From: Octopus sinensis
Lineage: Eukaryota
DNA length: 64,000 nt
Direction: 5' to 3'
Assembly (NCBI RefSeq): GCF_006345805.1
Contig: NC_043000.1
Coordinates: 21,204,001-21,268,000 of the forward strand
Made by a program: the position numbers and the translations under genes. A model generated the notes under the pieces. It made no database searches, was not told the origin of the DNA, and saw only the letters and a list, made by a program, of their open reading frames with translations. Shown here piece after piece: positions 35,927 to 48,511 of the stretch. Every line of letters begins with the position of its first letter. Position 1 is the stretch's first letter.

Positions 35927-38900
35927 TTAGTATTCTTGGCCCAGGGTGTTTAAACTTGGTCTAAATTTTTTTATGAAATATAGTTCTTTATTTTGGCGTT
36001 GTGTGAAGGTTGCGTTGTCACTGAATTTATAGAGCGGGTTAGTTGTAAATTTCGGACTTACATTTCCAGCACATCTATCTATGTGTCCGCTGACCGGTAT
36101 TTTGCGGTAATCAGGGTTTCTAATTTGTGATTTATGCATCGCCATCCTGTTACGTAAGCTATTTTTTGTATGGCCTATATACTGCCTATTGCAGCCTGCG
36201 CATGTTATGACGTAAATTAAGTTTTCTGATGCGCAGGTGAAGTTTGTTCTAATGGTGAACTGGTGGCCTTGTTCCAGTATAAATTCTGATCCTTCTTTCA
36301 AGATGACACAGATTCCGCAGTTGGGCCTTCCACATTTTCTAACTGCTGGTTTTGTGGTTGATGTTGAGTGCAGTGTAGCTTGGGTTAAAATCCTTTTCAA
36401 GGATTTTGGTTGCCGTTTACTTTTAATGATGGTTGTGTGTTTCGAGGATCCGGTTCATCTTTGGGTCTCCCTTTAGTAGGGCTGTGCTTTGTAGTATGGT
36501 GTTGAAGGCCTCATTGTTGAGTGGGTTGTGTGTAGAGATGTAGGGAAGGGTTTTTAATTGTTCTTTCTTTTTGGGTTTTGTTTGTCTCAGGTCTTCTATA
36601 CTTAATTTAAGTACCCGTTGGATTGCACTGTCTATTAGGGGCTGTGGATAGTTTCTATTTGTGAGTGTGGTTCTAAGTTCCTGGAGACGTGTGTGTCGGT
36701 GTTTGTGTCTGATATTATGGTGCAAATCCTTCTAGCTAAACAAAAAGGGACATTCATTCTAGTGTGTCGTGGGTGGCATGAATCAAAGGGTAGGTACTGT
36801 TTAGAGTCTGTCGGTTTATAGTAGATATCTGTCTCTATTTTGTTGCCGGTTTTCTTAATGAGGATGTCTAAAAATGGTAATTCTTTTTCGTTTGTGTCCA
36901 TCGTGAATTATATATTGTCATTTATTCCATTTAATAGTATTTTAAATTCCTCAAGTTCTCTATACCTTTGTCCCAGATGATGAAACAGTCATCGAGGTAT
37001 CTTTTCCAGTTGTTATGGATATAGGTGGCGAAGGTGTTTCCATATTTCTCGAGTGTCATCCGGATAGTATTTTCTCGAGGTATCCCATCACTAGGTTGGC
37101 AAAAGATGGTGCAGTACGCGTGCCCATCGCTGTTCCCGATCTTTGCCTGTAGAAATCATTGTCAAAAATAAAATAATTGTTCTCTAAAATGAATCTAAGT
37201 CCTTCTATTATAAGGTCTTTGTTTATGCGAGTTGGGAGTTCAAAGGGGTAGTTATTCAGCCAGAAGGTGATCGCTTCTATTCCTAGGTTGTGAGGGATGT
37301 TAGAATAAAGATTAACTACGTCGAATGATACTAGAAGGGTTTTCTCATTGACTGTTTTAGGGAGGTGGTTGAGCATATCTATATCGTCTCTTACGTAGCT
37401 TTTGATGGTGTTTTAGGAAAGGTTTAAGAAGTGTGTCTAAGAAATTGCTGAGGCGGTGAGTTTCACACATGCTGGCCCTGCTATTATCGGTCTTAGTTTA
37501 AGATCATTTGGTGAAGGGATTTTGGTGAGTGGTCGGTGGATGTTTTTGCACGTTTCTCTAATGGTTTGGCTTTTGTGTACCTTAGGGATACCATAGAACA
37601 AACTCGATTTGCATTTGAAGTTAGTGATGTATTCATACTCCTTGTTCGTGAGTCCTTCTTGGTATGTGTTGATTAATGTCCTAAGATTATGCATTATTTT
37701 TTGCTGGTTATACTGTTGGGCCCTTTCATAATACGTTTCATCTCTTAATAGGGATAGCACTAAATTTTTATAATCGTTTGTATTCATTATTACTATCGCG
37801 TTGCCCTATCTGCCTCCTTAATTGTTATTGTTTTGTCTTCTCTTAGTTTGATGAGTCGTTCCATTCTCTTTTTGTTGAAGTTAGGGCTGTGTTTTTTTTG
37901 TTCTTGATGAATTGAAACGGGAAATTAGTTATGTAGTCACAATAGCGGTCTAAGGCTTTATTCTTACCCTTGGTGGGGGTGTAATTGCTCTTGTTTCTAG
38001 CTATTGAGTCCTCCTCTATTTGTTTGTCTTGAAATGCCTCGGTGAGTCTTAGTTTTCTGCAAAATTCCGAAATATCATCTTTCATTTCATAGTAATTAGA
38101 ACGTTGTGGGGTGGGTGTAAATTTAAGTCCTTTGGAGAGTATGCTTATTTCGTTAGGTGTAAGTTCTTTGTTTGAGAGATTGATTATCTTAATTACCTGA
38201 GGTTTCTTTTGTTTGTCCTTTGCCATCGTGTGTCCCTGTTCCTGTGTGTAAGGTCTAAAAAATGGTTGGTGTAGTTATGTTCAAAGCTATTATTTATCTG
38301 TCTCATGTTGTTATAATTGTCAGAGTGAGTTTGTGGTGCTCTGTTCTGGAGTCTGTTGTTGAACCTAGTGTTCCGTCTTAGTTCCTCAGGTATATTGTGT
38401 TGGTAGTTGTTTCCTCCGTAGTGCATTTGTTGTTTGTTATGGTTGTATGGTTGGTTCCTGGGGTGGATGTTGGTAGTAGCGTTTTGGTTTGGTTATGTGG
38501 GTTGTATTTTATAGTATTGTATGTTGTGGCTCTTAGGTTCGTGGAATGTGTGGGTGGGACCCTATAAGTGTTTTGGGGTTGGTGTAGGTAGTGTGGGGTG
38601 CGTTTTAAATGCATTTTTCTGGTGTAAGTGTGTTTGGATTTCTTGGTGGTTGTTCTGCTCTGTTGGTATGTCTATTTTCGAACTGGTGTGGTGGGCCTCT
38701 GTAGGTGTTTTGGGGTTGGTGTAGGTAGTGGGGGTGTTTTAGGTGTACTTTTCTGGTGTAGAGTGTGGTAGGATTTCTTGGTGGTTGTTCCGTTCTGTTG
38801 GTATTTGGTTTTGATTTGCTTAATTTTATGAAGGGGTTGTTGGATATGTGTTCATTTTTGAAGTTGGTTTCATAATCTAGAAACCAGATGGCGCTCTTTT

Positions 38901-38970
38901 CCCATCGTTGGAGGGACTTAAGTTCCTCTTTTTCACATTCTTCATTCCATAGTGCTGGTAATGTTTCAGT
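35927..38970 (-). pseudogene. PLE reverse transcriptase-GIY-YIG ORF, frameshifted; T/P-rich N-terminal extension with a 137-bp duplication (38568-38805)
   Basis: ORF pieces 35927-36400, 36423-36725, 36635-36901, 37056-37376, 37437-37787, 37843-38226. Confidence 0.9.
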
Positions 38971-39053
38971 ATTGATGTCGTCTATTAGTTTGATGACTAT
39001 ATATAAAGAGTAAAAGAGTAAAAGAGTGTATATATATATATATATATATATAC

Positions 39054-39259
39054 ACTCTTTTACTTGTTTCAGTCATTTGACTGTGGCCATGCTGGAGCAC
39101 CGCCTTTAGTCGAGCAAATAGACTCCCAGGACTTATTCTTTGTAAGCCTAGTACTTATTCTATCGGTATCTTTTGCCGAACCGCTATGTTACGGGGACGT
39201 TAACACACCAACATCGGTTGTCCAACACACACACACACATATATTATATATATAATATA

Positions 39260-39355
<96 letters not shown>

Positions 39356-39674
39356 ATATATATATATATTATATGTAGAAAAATACAAACTGGGACAAGA
39401 ACGTAAAACATTTAGAAGACGATATAAAAAACACGGACGGGACATTCGAAGCCTTCAATCTTCAGTCAAGAACCGGATCATCCTAGCAATTTCGGCTGAT
39501 TAATCTTGACGACGGGCTTCTTTCAGTTTCCGTCTACCAAATCCATTCACAAGGATTTGGTCGGCCCGAGGCTATAGTAGAAGACACTTGCCCAAGGTGC
39601 CACGCAGTGGGACTGAACCTGGAGCCATGTGGTTCGTTAAGCAAACTACTTACCACACAGCCACTCCTACGCCT
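39054..39674 (-). mobile_element. SINE family A split by a P6 element (39375-39508) inside its internal microsatellite
   Basis: 3' half at 39054-39225 and 5' half at 39509-39674. Confidence 0.85.
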
Positions 39675-39919
39675 ACGAATATATATATATATATGTACAC
39701 ACACACACACACACACAAAACCATACATATATATAATAAAGACATAAAGAATGAAGTCGATTTTCGTTACATAACGATGATTTATTGTTTACTTATATGT
39801 TACATATGCACAGAATGTGTACTGTTGCATAATAATGAAACAAAATATTTATTTCATTTGTCAGACGTCCTGTTGAATCATTGCCCCATTCAGAAGTAAC
39901 CTGCGTCTCACCAAAATAT

Positions 39920-40215
39920 TAGCTTCAAATTTTGGTTTAAGGCCAGCAATTTCGTAGGAGGGGTTTACTCGATTACATCAACTGTTTCTTATTTTATCAA
40001 CTCCGAAAGGATGAAAGGCAAAGTCGATCCCAGTGGCATTTGAACTCAGAACATAAAGTCGGAAGAAACGCCACTAAACATTTTGCCCGGAGGTACACTT
40101 TGCCTTTCATCCTTTCGGGATCGATAAAACAAGGACCAGTTCATAAATAGTGTCGATCTTATCGGTCTATCCCTCCTCCGAAATTGCTGGCCTTGCGTCA
40201 AAGCTCGAAACCAAT
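39920..40215. mobile_element. Two head-to-head SINE family C fragments
   Basis: GAAAGGATGAAAGGC at ~40005 and GCCTTTCATCCTTTCGG at ~40102. Confidence 0.7.
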
Positions 40216-40249
40216 ATTCAATTCGAGCGGCATCTTCATCAGGCATAAT

Positions 40250-40765
40250 TTATTGGATTAAATAATAGAGGAAAGTTTTCATCTCAATAGCGAATTACGA
40301 ACATTTGCTGATTGTTTCATATGGCATTCCCATTTCCTTAGATGCTTCCTAATGGATCGATATTGGTTTTCTTCATAATGAATCATAATTTTGGCAAGAT
40401 TTTCATCAATGACACAGGACGATCTCTCCTTTACAAATCAGTGATACTACCCGCTAAACAAAATCGTTTATGAGTTTGTTTTAATGTTGTTACTTGAAGG
40501 ATGCTTTCCATACAAACTTCTCCGCTCGTATTGAAGGAATAATGGGGAACAAATAATCCTCGCCATTAGAAGCACAATATTCAGTCGATCACTTCGAGAT
40601 AGCATTTAAACTAAATTAAATAAAATAGAATCAATAAAATAATCAATAAAATACTTTCATAGATATATTTATAATGATTTCATCGATATATCTTAACTAC
40701 AAACGAAATCAATAGAATTTATTTCATTCACAGAAATAATACAGGTTCGAATTTATATCACCTTG
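40250..40765 (-). mobile_element. Tc1/mariner 5' remnant (N-terminal HTH of the transposase)
   Basis: TA-CAAGGTG terminus at 40767-40759; frameshifted ..YGKHP..KRFCLAGSITDL*RRDRPVS..DEN..SIRK..ASKEMGMPYETI. Confidence 0.55.
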
Positions 40766-40784
40766 TATGTCTGTATATATATAT

Positions 40785-40785
<1 letters not shown>

Positions 40786-40867
<82 letters not shown>
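40786..40867 (+). repeat. (TG)n microsatellite
   Basis: Direct inspection. Confidence 0.98.
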
Positions 40868-40868
<1 letters not shown>

Positions 40869-41126
40869 TTCGAGTTCTCTAGCAGCAGCATACAGTATAG
40901 GGTAAGTGTAAGAGCTAAAGCGAGTTGTAAGCACTGAAGACAATACTTCAGAGAAGGTCAATGTGAAACAGATGACCCTGATAAAAAATTGAATCACAAT
41001 TGAAGTGTTTTCCGTGCTAGAGGAGCTCGGAGAACGGTAAAGGAAGTAGGCGTAGTAGTACGAATGCAGGAGAGAGACTTTGAGCCAGAGTAAATGGGAT
41101 TTTTAGTAGTGATATCCACGAGAGAA

Positions 41127-41166
<40 letters not shown>

Positions 41167-41292
41167 GGTTGCCAGACGAGTTGAATCAACTTATGTACTG
41201 ACGCCTATTTATATAAAGGAAATTTATTGACTGAACAGAAAAGGTGAGCTAAAGGTGCTAAAATGTGGGAAATTTAGCTAAGTACAAATGTG

Positions 41293-41506
41293 GATTTCAA
41301 ATTTTGGCACAATGCCAACAATTTCGGGAGAGGGGTAAGCTGATTACATCAACCCCAGTGTTCATCTGGTACTTATTTTAATCGACTCCGAAAGGGGGAT
41401 GAAAGGCATAGTCGACTTTGCCAGCATTTGAACTCGAAACGTAAAATCGGAAGAAATAGTGGTAATTATTTTTCCCCCCGACGCGATGACTCTGCCAGCT
41501 CGCCGC
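41293..41506 (-). mobile_element. SINE family C
   Basis: Core GATGAAAGGCATAGTCGAC; head ..TCTGCCAGCTCGCC. Confidence 0.8.
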
Positions 41507-41595
41507 CTTACACAAAGTACACGTATCCTATGTGTTTTCTCTGGGCATGCGTCTATGTTTGTAGCAAATATATGCAAATATGATAATTAGACTTA

Positions 41596-41993
41596 CGCGC
41601 GGGAGTGGCTGTATGGTAAATATCTTGCTTGCCAACCACATGGTTCCGGGTTCGGCCCCACTGCGTGGGACCTTCGTCAAATGTCTTCTACTATAGCCTC
41701 GGGCCGATTAAAGCCTTGTGAATGGATTTGGTAGACAGAAACTGAAAGAAGCCCGTCGTATATATATACATATATTTTTATATATATATATATATGTTTG
41801 TGTGTCTGTGTTTGTCTCCCCACCATCGCTTGACAACCGATGTTGGTGTATTTACGTCCCCATAACTTAGCGGTTCGGCCGATAGAATAAGAACTAGGCT
41901 TACAAAGAATAAGTCCTGGGGTCGATTTGTTCGACTAAAGGTGGTGTTCCAGCACGGCACAGTCAAATGACTGAAACAAATAAAATAATAAAA

Positions 41994-41997
<4 letters not shown>
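41596..41997 (+). mobile_element. SINE family A, full length
   Basis: Head, CORE-like motif, microsatellite and tail all present. Confidence 0.9.
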
Positions 41998-42042
<45 letters not shown>

Positions 42043-42499
42043 GAAAATGCAATTTTAAAGATGTTTATTCACTTGACGGTTTCACTTTTTCAGAAAATGA
42101 TTGACAAAAGTAACATGTCAAAGCTTTGTATAGGCATTGTTGTGTTAATTACTGGTTGTCACAAAAGTATTAAAATACAGATATACATTCTTTGATAATA
42201 ACAAGAAAATGTTAAAAACCAGTTACAAGAAAATATTTGAGAAAATATTAAACAAAAAGTATTAGGAGTTCAATAAAAATCATGTTTGTTTGGTAGTATA
42301 TATATATATACACACAGAAGGAGATATATTTAAGAGTTTACAAAGAATTTGAGATGAACCAACCTGTTTTCTTAACATTTTTTAGCAATGTTTCTAGGAT
42401 AGTCTGTCATGGTTCATTGGTTTTTGGGACTGGTCTTAGCGGTTAGAATGGTGTAAGTGTCTCTGTGTACGTCTCTATGTGTGTGTGTATATACATGCA

Positions 42500-42864
42500 T
42501 CAGCAATGCACATATTAATTGAAAATGATTATTGATAAATTTGTTGTCGAAGGAATTCCCACGTGGGGCAGTCTCCGTTGCAACAGTTCACATCGCGTCT
42601 CACAGCCTTTACTGTGTTCGCAGAGCATTGAGCAGCAGTTATGAGATCGTCAATTTTATATCCGGAAAGAATCAACATGAAACAGGTAACTCTCTTTCAA
42701 TATCAAGATGGCTTCCAGTCATCTATGTCAGCTAACTTTTATCTCAGCTGCAACTTTAATCTTTATGCTCTCCAACGCCGTTGACTCTTCGCCAATAAAT
42801 CAAGCTGTTCCTGAAAAGAAAAAACGGAAATATGAAAAATTGCTAAATGTAGCCCAAACACCTA
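42500..42864 (-). mobile_element. Tc1/mariner 5' remnant; homologous fragment at 48744-48830
   Basis: ..DWKPS..KRVTCFMLILSGYKIDDLITAAQCSANTVKAVRR (HTH-like); the second copy begins MEDWEPSGYWKSVTCLMLI. Confidence 0.5.
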
Positions 42865-43029
42865 GATAGATAGATAGATAGATAGTAGATAGATAGATAG
42901 ATAGATAGGATAGAAGATAGATAGATAGATAGATAGGAATAGATAGGATAGGCAGGGCAGGCCAGGAAGGAGACGACAGGCAGACAGACAGACAGACAGA
43001 CAGACAGACAGGCGGGCCGGACGGACAGG

Positions 43030-43064
<35 letters not shown>

Positions 43065-43073
43065 GATAGATAG

Positions 43074-43121
<48 letters not shown>

Positions 43122-43126
43122 CAGAT

Positions 43127-43195
<69 letters not shown>

Positions 43196-43200
43196 TAGAT
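42865..43200 (+). repeat. Compound (GATA)n/(GACA)n microsatellite abutting the Tx1 3' end
   Basis: Direct inspection. Confidence 0.95.
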
Positions 43201-46200
43201 ATGTTTCTTTATTAGCCACACAGGGCTGCACACAGATAGAACAAATTACAAGGTAGAGCTTTTCTTTTGAAGGTTAAAAAAAAAAAAAAAAAAAAAGGAA
43301 GGGGGAGTTTCGATCAAAAGGGATCGTAAAAGGAGAGAAAGAGGACAAAAAAAAGGGGGGGTTAAAAAAAAGGGGGAGAGGAAAAAAAAAATGATCAATA
43401 GGGATCGTTATCACAGAAATGTCAATATGAAGTGTAAAGGGGAGGACAGGTGAGGTTTACCCGTGGAAAGAAAAGCCTACGGAAAAGACCACGGTAACCT
43501 CGGTCAATGGAGTCACATGTTATATTTCTTTTTTTTTTTTTTTTTGCAAATAAGCAACTCTCTGTTTTCAATTTCTGGGTTCATAGGATCATGCTCAAGG
43601 TGGCTTCGTCATTCATACGTGCCATTCTTGCTACATTCACCCATCTTTTTTTAAAACATTCGCTAGACAAAACTTGCCTCTCTACTCTCACTTTCCTTTT
43701 CAAGTGGTACTTGAAGAAGTTGATGAGAGATTGACCAGAGAGGAAAGTGTTTGTCTCCAATCCTTTCAGACGCGTCCACCAGATACATTCTTTCGCCATA
43801 GCCACAAGGATGATGAAATAGCTCTTCCTTCCCGTTTGAAGGAAGGAGGCGTGACAATATTGACGATAGACTCAGCTGATAAACCGACTCGTCCCACACG
43901 TGACAGCAGTTGTTCGACATAAGCCCACAGGTCGGAAATTGTTGGACACTGAACGAGTGCGTGCAGAACGGTTTCGTCGCTCTGACCGCATCTCGGGCAG
44001 GTCGGCCCCGTGTTTCTCGAGCCGTGTCTGTAGAGCTTATCCCGAACGGGTAGCGCTTCTCGGTAGCACTGCCAGGCCAGGGATCTCTGGAAGTTGTCCA
44101 TGGGCCCTGGCCCGAAAGTCGTCCTGAACAGGCGGGTCAGGTACTCCTCGTCGACGTCCAGGTTCGCCCCGAGCTCGTCGTCGTACCTCCCCTCCACTAA
44201 ACCCCTATAGAATGCTTTGGTTGTGTTGAAGTCACTAAGGTCGACCCAGGACGGCAGAGTTGCTTGAGAGCAACGCGACACTCGCGGTGCCATTCGCCCT
44301 TCCTCGGCCTCTTTTTGATCCACGACTGCAGTTCGGTCATGGAGACGAGCTGCGGGAAAGCGTGCCTCACAAACGGCGACCACACCTGTTCACCGTCGTC
44401 TACATAGAGCCAGAGATGTCGCAGTCTCAGCGCGTGTCTGCGCATCATCAACCACGGCATGCCCAGCCCTCCTTTTAACGGGTGTTGACAGCAAATGGAT
44501 CGCCTGACCATCGGGACGCATCCTTTCCACAAGAAGCGAAAGAGAATGCGTGTTGTAGTTTGGTGATGGTAGGGTCGGGACAAGGTACGACGGTCAGGCG
44601 GTAGTAGATGACGGACGCGATGTACGTGTTCGCCACCTCCGCCGACCTTTTAGGGACAGTTTCCTCTCGGCCCATTGCCGGGCGAGAGTGACCACCCTAC
44701 TCGTTATCTCGTTCCAGTTCTTCTCCACTTGGAGGTCCGGACCAAACCAGACCCCGAGCAACTCAACCGGGCCGTCGGTCCAGCGTCCCACGACGGAGGC
44801 GCTGGTGGACGGCATGGGCTTGCTTCTCCAGGTGCCTAGTCGCAAGCCCACTGACTTTTCCCGGTTGATTTTCGCTCCTGTCACCGCTTCGTAGTTTTTC
44901 AGTGTCTCGCCGACCTGCTCGATGTGCTCGTGGCTAGACACTATGACGGTGACGTCGTCCGCGTATGCAGACACGCTCGTCCCGCATCCCAATTCTCGCG
45001 GGATGCCTCTCAAGTTGCCAGCTTCCGCAATAATGGCTCGAGAGTCAATACGTATAGAAGCGACGAGAGGGGGCATCCCTGACGGACCGAACGTGCGATG
45101 TCGAAGGGTCTCGATAGATGTCCATTCACGCGAATTACCGAACGGATGCCTCTGTACAAAGCGGCTATCCAGCCGCGGAAGACGGGACCGAAGCCAGCCG
45201 CTCGAGGACCGCCTCCAAGTATCGATGGTCCACCCTATCGAAAGCTTTCGATTGATCCAAATTGATCAGCGCCCCACCCATGCCAGGTTCGTTAACTACC
45301 CTGTCTATGATGTAGCGCATCAGGTGGAGGTTGTCATGGATGGTCCGGCCTGGCACGGCGCATGTTTGCGCCTTGTCGACCAGTTTCTCGATGACAAGCG
45401 CCAACCTCTTGGCTAGCACCTTGGCCAAATTTTCAAGTCTGCATTAAGCAGAGTGATGGGCCTAAAGTTATCTATTACATTTCCCTTGTTTAGATCTTTC
45501 TTCAGCAGTGTTACGGCTCCTCGGCTCACAAAACCAGGAATGCTCCCGTTTTGCTGCCAGTTGCAGTACACCGCCGCCAAGAGATCTCCAAACAAGTCTG
45601 GCATACAATTGTAAAGCTCGTAGGGTAGACCATCCAAACCCGGTGATTTGTCCCTCGAGCATTCTGCCATCGCTTCCTGCACTTCCGCCGCCGTGATGGC
45701 ACCTTCGCAGCACCCTGCCTTTCTTGTCGAGAGTCGTGGTAGGCTATGTAGGTAGGCACTGAAGTCCACCCTACGTTCTTGCCCTCCACTCGTTCCGAAC
45801 AGTCGGGCAAAATGCTGCTGAAAGGCCTCACACATTTTACTTGGCTCGAGCAATTCGCGCCCCTGTTCATCTACCAGGGACCGAATGGTGGCTTTGTTGC
45901 CCTGTTGCGCCTCTGCCACCCGGGCCTCTCTCGCGGCTCCAACACCTTCGTTCCTTAGAGCACGCATCCTAGCTCTGACAGCACATCCTTCGTGTTTGGC
46001 GTTGAAGTTGGGTCGAGGGCCAACCTCGCCGCCAAAACGTCGGATGCGATGCCGCTTCTAATTGCCTCTTCTAGCTTCTTAACTAGCTCACCCTCTACTC
46101 TATTTCTATCTATGGCTAGTGCTTTGCTGTACCTAATCGCTTCTGCTTTTACTGCTCTCTTGAGGGCAAACCACCATTTGTTGTTGATGATGGCTCCCGT

Positions 46201-47465
46201 CAAAGCCCTCTTTACTAGTGTGCTAATCCGGTCTCTGAAAACCTGTCTCGATGGGAAAGACGCGTTTAGTTTCCAGTATCCGGGACCCTGCCTAAGTGTC
46301 TTACCTAAGTCTAGCGTACATGTCACAAGTTTGTGATCCGTGTAGCTGACTATGTGGAATTGTGGACATCCTATGCTATCTCTATCTACTGTCCTACACA
46401 GTATCCTATCTAGATACGATCTCGACGACCCGATGCGGTTGCTCCATGTCCACGTTGGCGCATTCGGGTGGTCTAGTCGGAACCTGTCAGACAGTTGAAA
46501 GCGTCTGAGCAGGTCTCTGAGGCATTTGCATCCCCGTCTATTCCTATCTCTACCCACGTAGTCTACATGCGTGTCCAAGGTAGCATTCCAATCCCCCACT
46601 AAGAGTAAAGGACGAGACGTTCCCAAGAATACTTCTAGACGTTAGAATGAAAGAAATCCGCCCGACCTGTTAAGGGCGGTGCGTAGACTGATACGAGTCG
46701 AAAAGCGCACCCATTGCTGCCGTCGACATCCAGGACGACCAGTCTACCCTCCGGGTCTACGAATATTGTCCTTACTTGAGATCCAGACTCTTGTGAAAAA
46801 GTACCGCGGTGCCACTACCGCCCATTCTCGGCAGACAGGGGGAAAAATAAATGTTGAACTGTCCGCCAAACATGGTCTTTAGGGCCCGCGGATTGTGGAG
46901 TCTGGTCTCACTTATGGCTATGATTCTAACTTATGTGACTTTATGTCATTTAAGAGGTACCCTTGTTTCCAAGGGGACCCCAAGCCACGCGCATTTACAC
47001 AACCAATCTTGATCATAGTCCTAATGAATTAGAATACAGTGAAGGAACAGAGGGTTACTTACTGCTCGAAAGTTTTTGCTTTCTCCTCCTTGGTTTGTCC
47101 TCGAGGAGATCCCAGTACAGTTCTTTGTGAGATATTTTTGGGCATTTACCAACCGCGCTGGGGAAAATGCCTTTGAGTGTGTGGTGCAGACTTTTGGAGA
47201 TGTGTAATATTTTGATGTGGTCTGGTGGTGTTGTGTATGGGTGATTGTTTGTTTTTATGTCATCTTCTGTTATGTTTGTTTTTGATTGGATGTATTCCAT
47301 CAAATTTGTGTTTTTGGTTGTCTATAGCTGTGAGCATGTTGCTGTATATATTTTTGTGGTGTTGGTGTGCTGTTGTTGCGTTGGGTTTTGAAATGTCTCC
47401 GTGAGATGTATTTCCCCCTGCTTTGTTCGTGTTTGCATTTGGTTTGGTTGTGTTTGTTTCTGCTC
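43201..47465 (-). mobile_element. Tx1-like LINE, near-complete ORF2 with frameshifts, partial ORF1 (ORF1 remnants may extend to ~48290)
   Basis: ORF2 ATG at 47016 (MIKIGCVNARGLG); GDWN, YLDRI, TDH; KSPGLDGL, FRPITLLN, LDQSKAFDRVDH, AYADD; zf-RVT CPRC..ETVLHAL; AATAAA near 43208-43213. Confidence 0.92.
43581..47016 (-). pseudogene. LINE ORF2 (APE-RT-zinc finger), frameshifted
   Basis: ORF pieces 45955-46626, 45413-45967, 45165-45428, 44594-45076, 44197-44583, 43766-44383, 43581-43805. Confidence 0.92.
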
Positions 47466-47507
47466 TTTAGTAGATAGTAGATAGATAGATAGGATAGATA
47501 GATCGAG

Positions 47508-47538
<31 letters not shown>

Positions 47539-47585
47539 GAAGCTAATAGAGAGAGATAGATAGGATAAATAACGGCAAATAGATA
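47465..47585 (+). repeat. Degenerate (GATA)n at the 5' side of the Tx1 LINE
   Basis: Direct inspection. Confidence 0.9.
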
Positions 47586-47657
47586 GACGAGCAGATATGA
47601 TTTATACTATTATTAACATTTTCCGTTTCTTCTCCTCTCTTCTTTTGTTCTTCTTCT

Positions 47658-47694
<37 letters not shown>

Positions 47695-47989
47695 TCCTCT
47701 CAATCACTATCTAACTTTCTGTCTTTTTTGATGGAGACGGTCGCGATGTCAAGCAATTTTTTTCCTTCCTGCCTAATAATATGTCACGTCTTAGTTCTAA
47801 GTTCCAAACCAATCTTACCAATCTTGATTTGGGCTGATATTGATACTATTTATAGATTCCCTGTTGGTCTTTAACCGTATTCTTATTCCTTGATGCTGTT
47901 GTTGATGGCGATGGTGGTGGTGACGGTGGCTGTGTTGGTTTGGCAATGCTTATCTTGGGAAATTGGTTATTTGTGTTTTGGAGATGGTG

Positions 47990-48125
47990 GGTGGGAAGGT
48001 GGTGTTGGTGGTGTTGGTGGTGGTGGTGGTCGTGGTCGTGGTGGTGGTGGTCGTGGTGGTGGTGGTGCTGGTGCTGGTGCTGGTGGTGCTGGTGGTGCTG
48101 GTGCTGGTGGTGCTGGTGGTGCTTG
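47990..48125 (+). repeat. (GGT)n/(GCT)n trinucleotide tract
   Basis: Direct inspection. Confidence 0.95.
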
Positions 48126-48312
48126 TTTGTTTGTTGAGCGAAGCGGTCTTCGCCCCAGAGCTCGCAAGATCGCGCCTCAGGGAGAAGTCCATAACGTGGT
48201 CCTTTGCTATTCGTAAGACACGCAGAAGAGAGAGCAGGTCAACCCCCGACACCGAGAGCATCGACGGATGGTGAATGCGCATCCAGGCTCAGCAGTTGAG
48301 TAGGAAGTCGGG

Positions 48313-48511
48313 GACAGGAAACAGGAAGAAATAGTGAGAGAAAGTTGGGGCGAAAGAGCATAACAGGGGTCGCCACCGCCCCCTGCCGGAGCCTCGTGGA
48401 GCTTTAGGTGTTTTCACTCAATAAACACACACAACGCCCGGTCTGGGAATCGAAACCGCGATCCTCCAACCGCGAGTCCGCTGCCCTAACCATTGGGCCA
48501 TTGCGCCTCCA
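48313..48511 (-). mobile_element. SINE family B, 5' part
   Basis: tRNA-like head and GGGGTCGCCACC body. Confidence 0.85.

Larger units (their letters stand above)
35025..39000 (-). mobile_element. Penelope-like element (RT + C-terminal GIY-YIG; Neptune-like CX4CX2C linker), decayed
   Basis: IINLSNKELT..LSKGLKFTPTP; SFDVVNLYSNIP; GTAMGT; WKRYLDDCF (36978-37008); LPFLD..DIYYKPTD..SCHP; KCGRPNCGIC; NLIYVITC..YIGHT; about 0.9-kb 3' region. Confidence 0.9.

Noticed and set aside
35927-38226. Selenoprotein-type (UGA read-through) PLE as in the Naiad clade
   Set aside because: The endonuclease is C-terminal rather than N-terminal, and the breaks I checked are frameshifts or a TAA, not in-frame TGA; no SECIS was recognised
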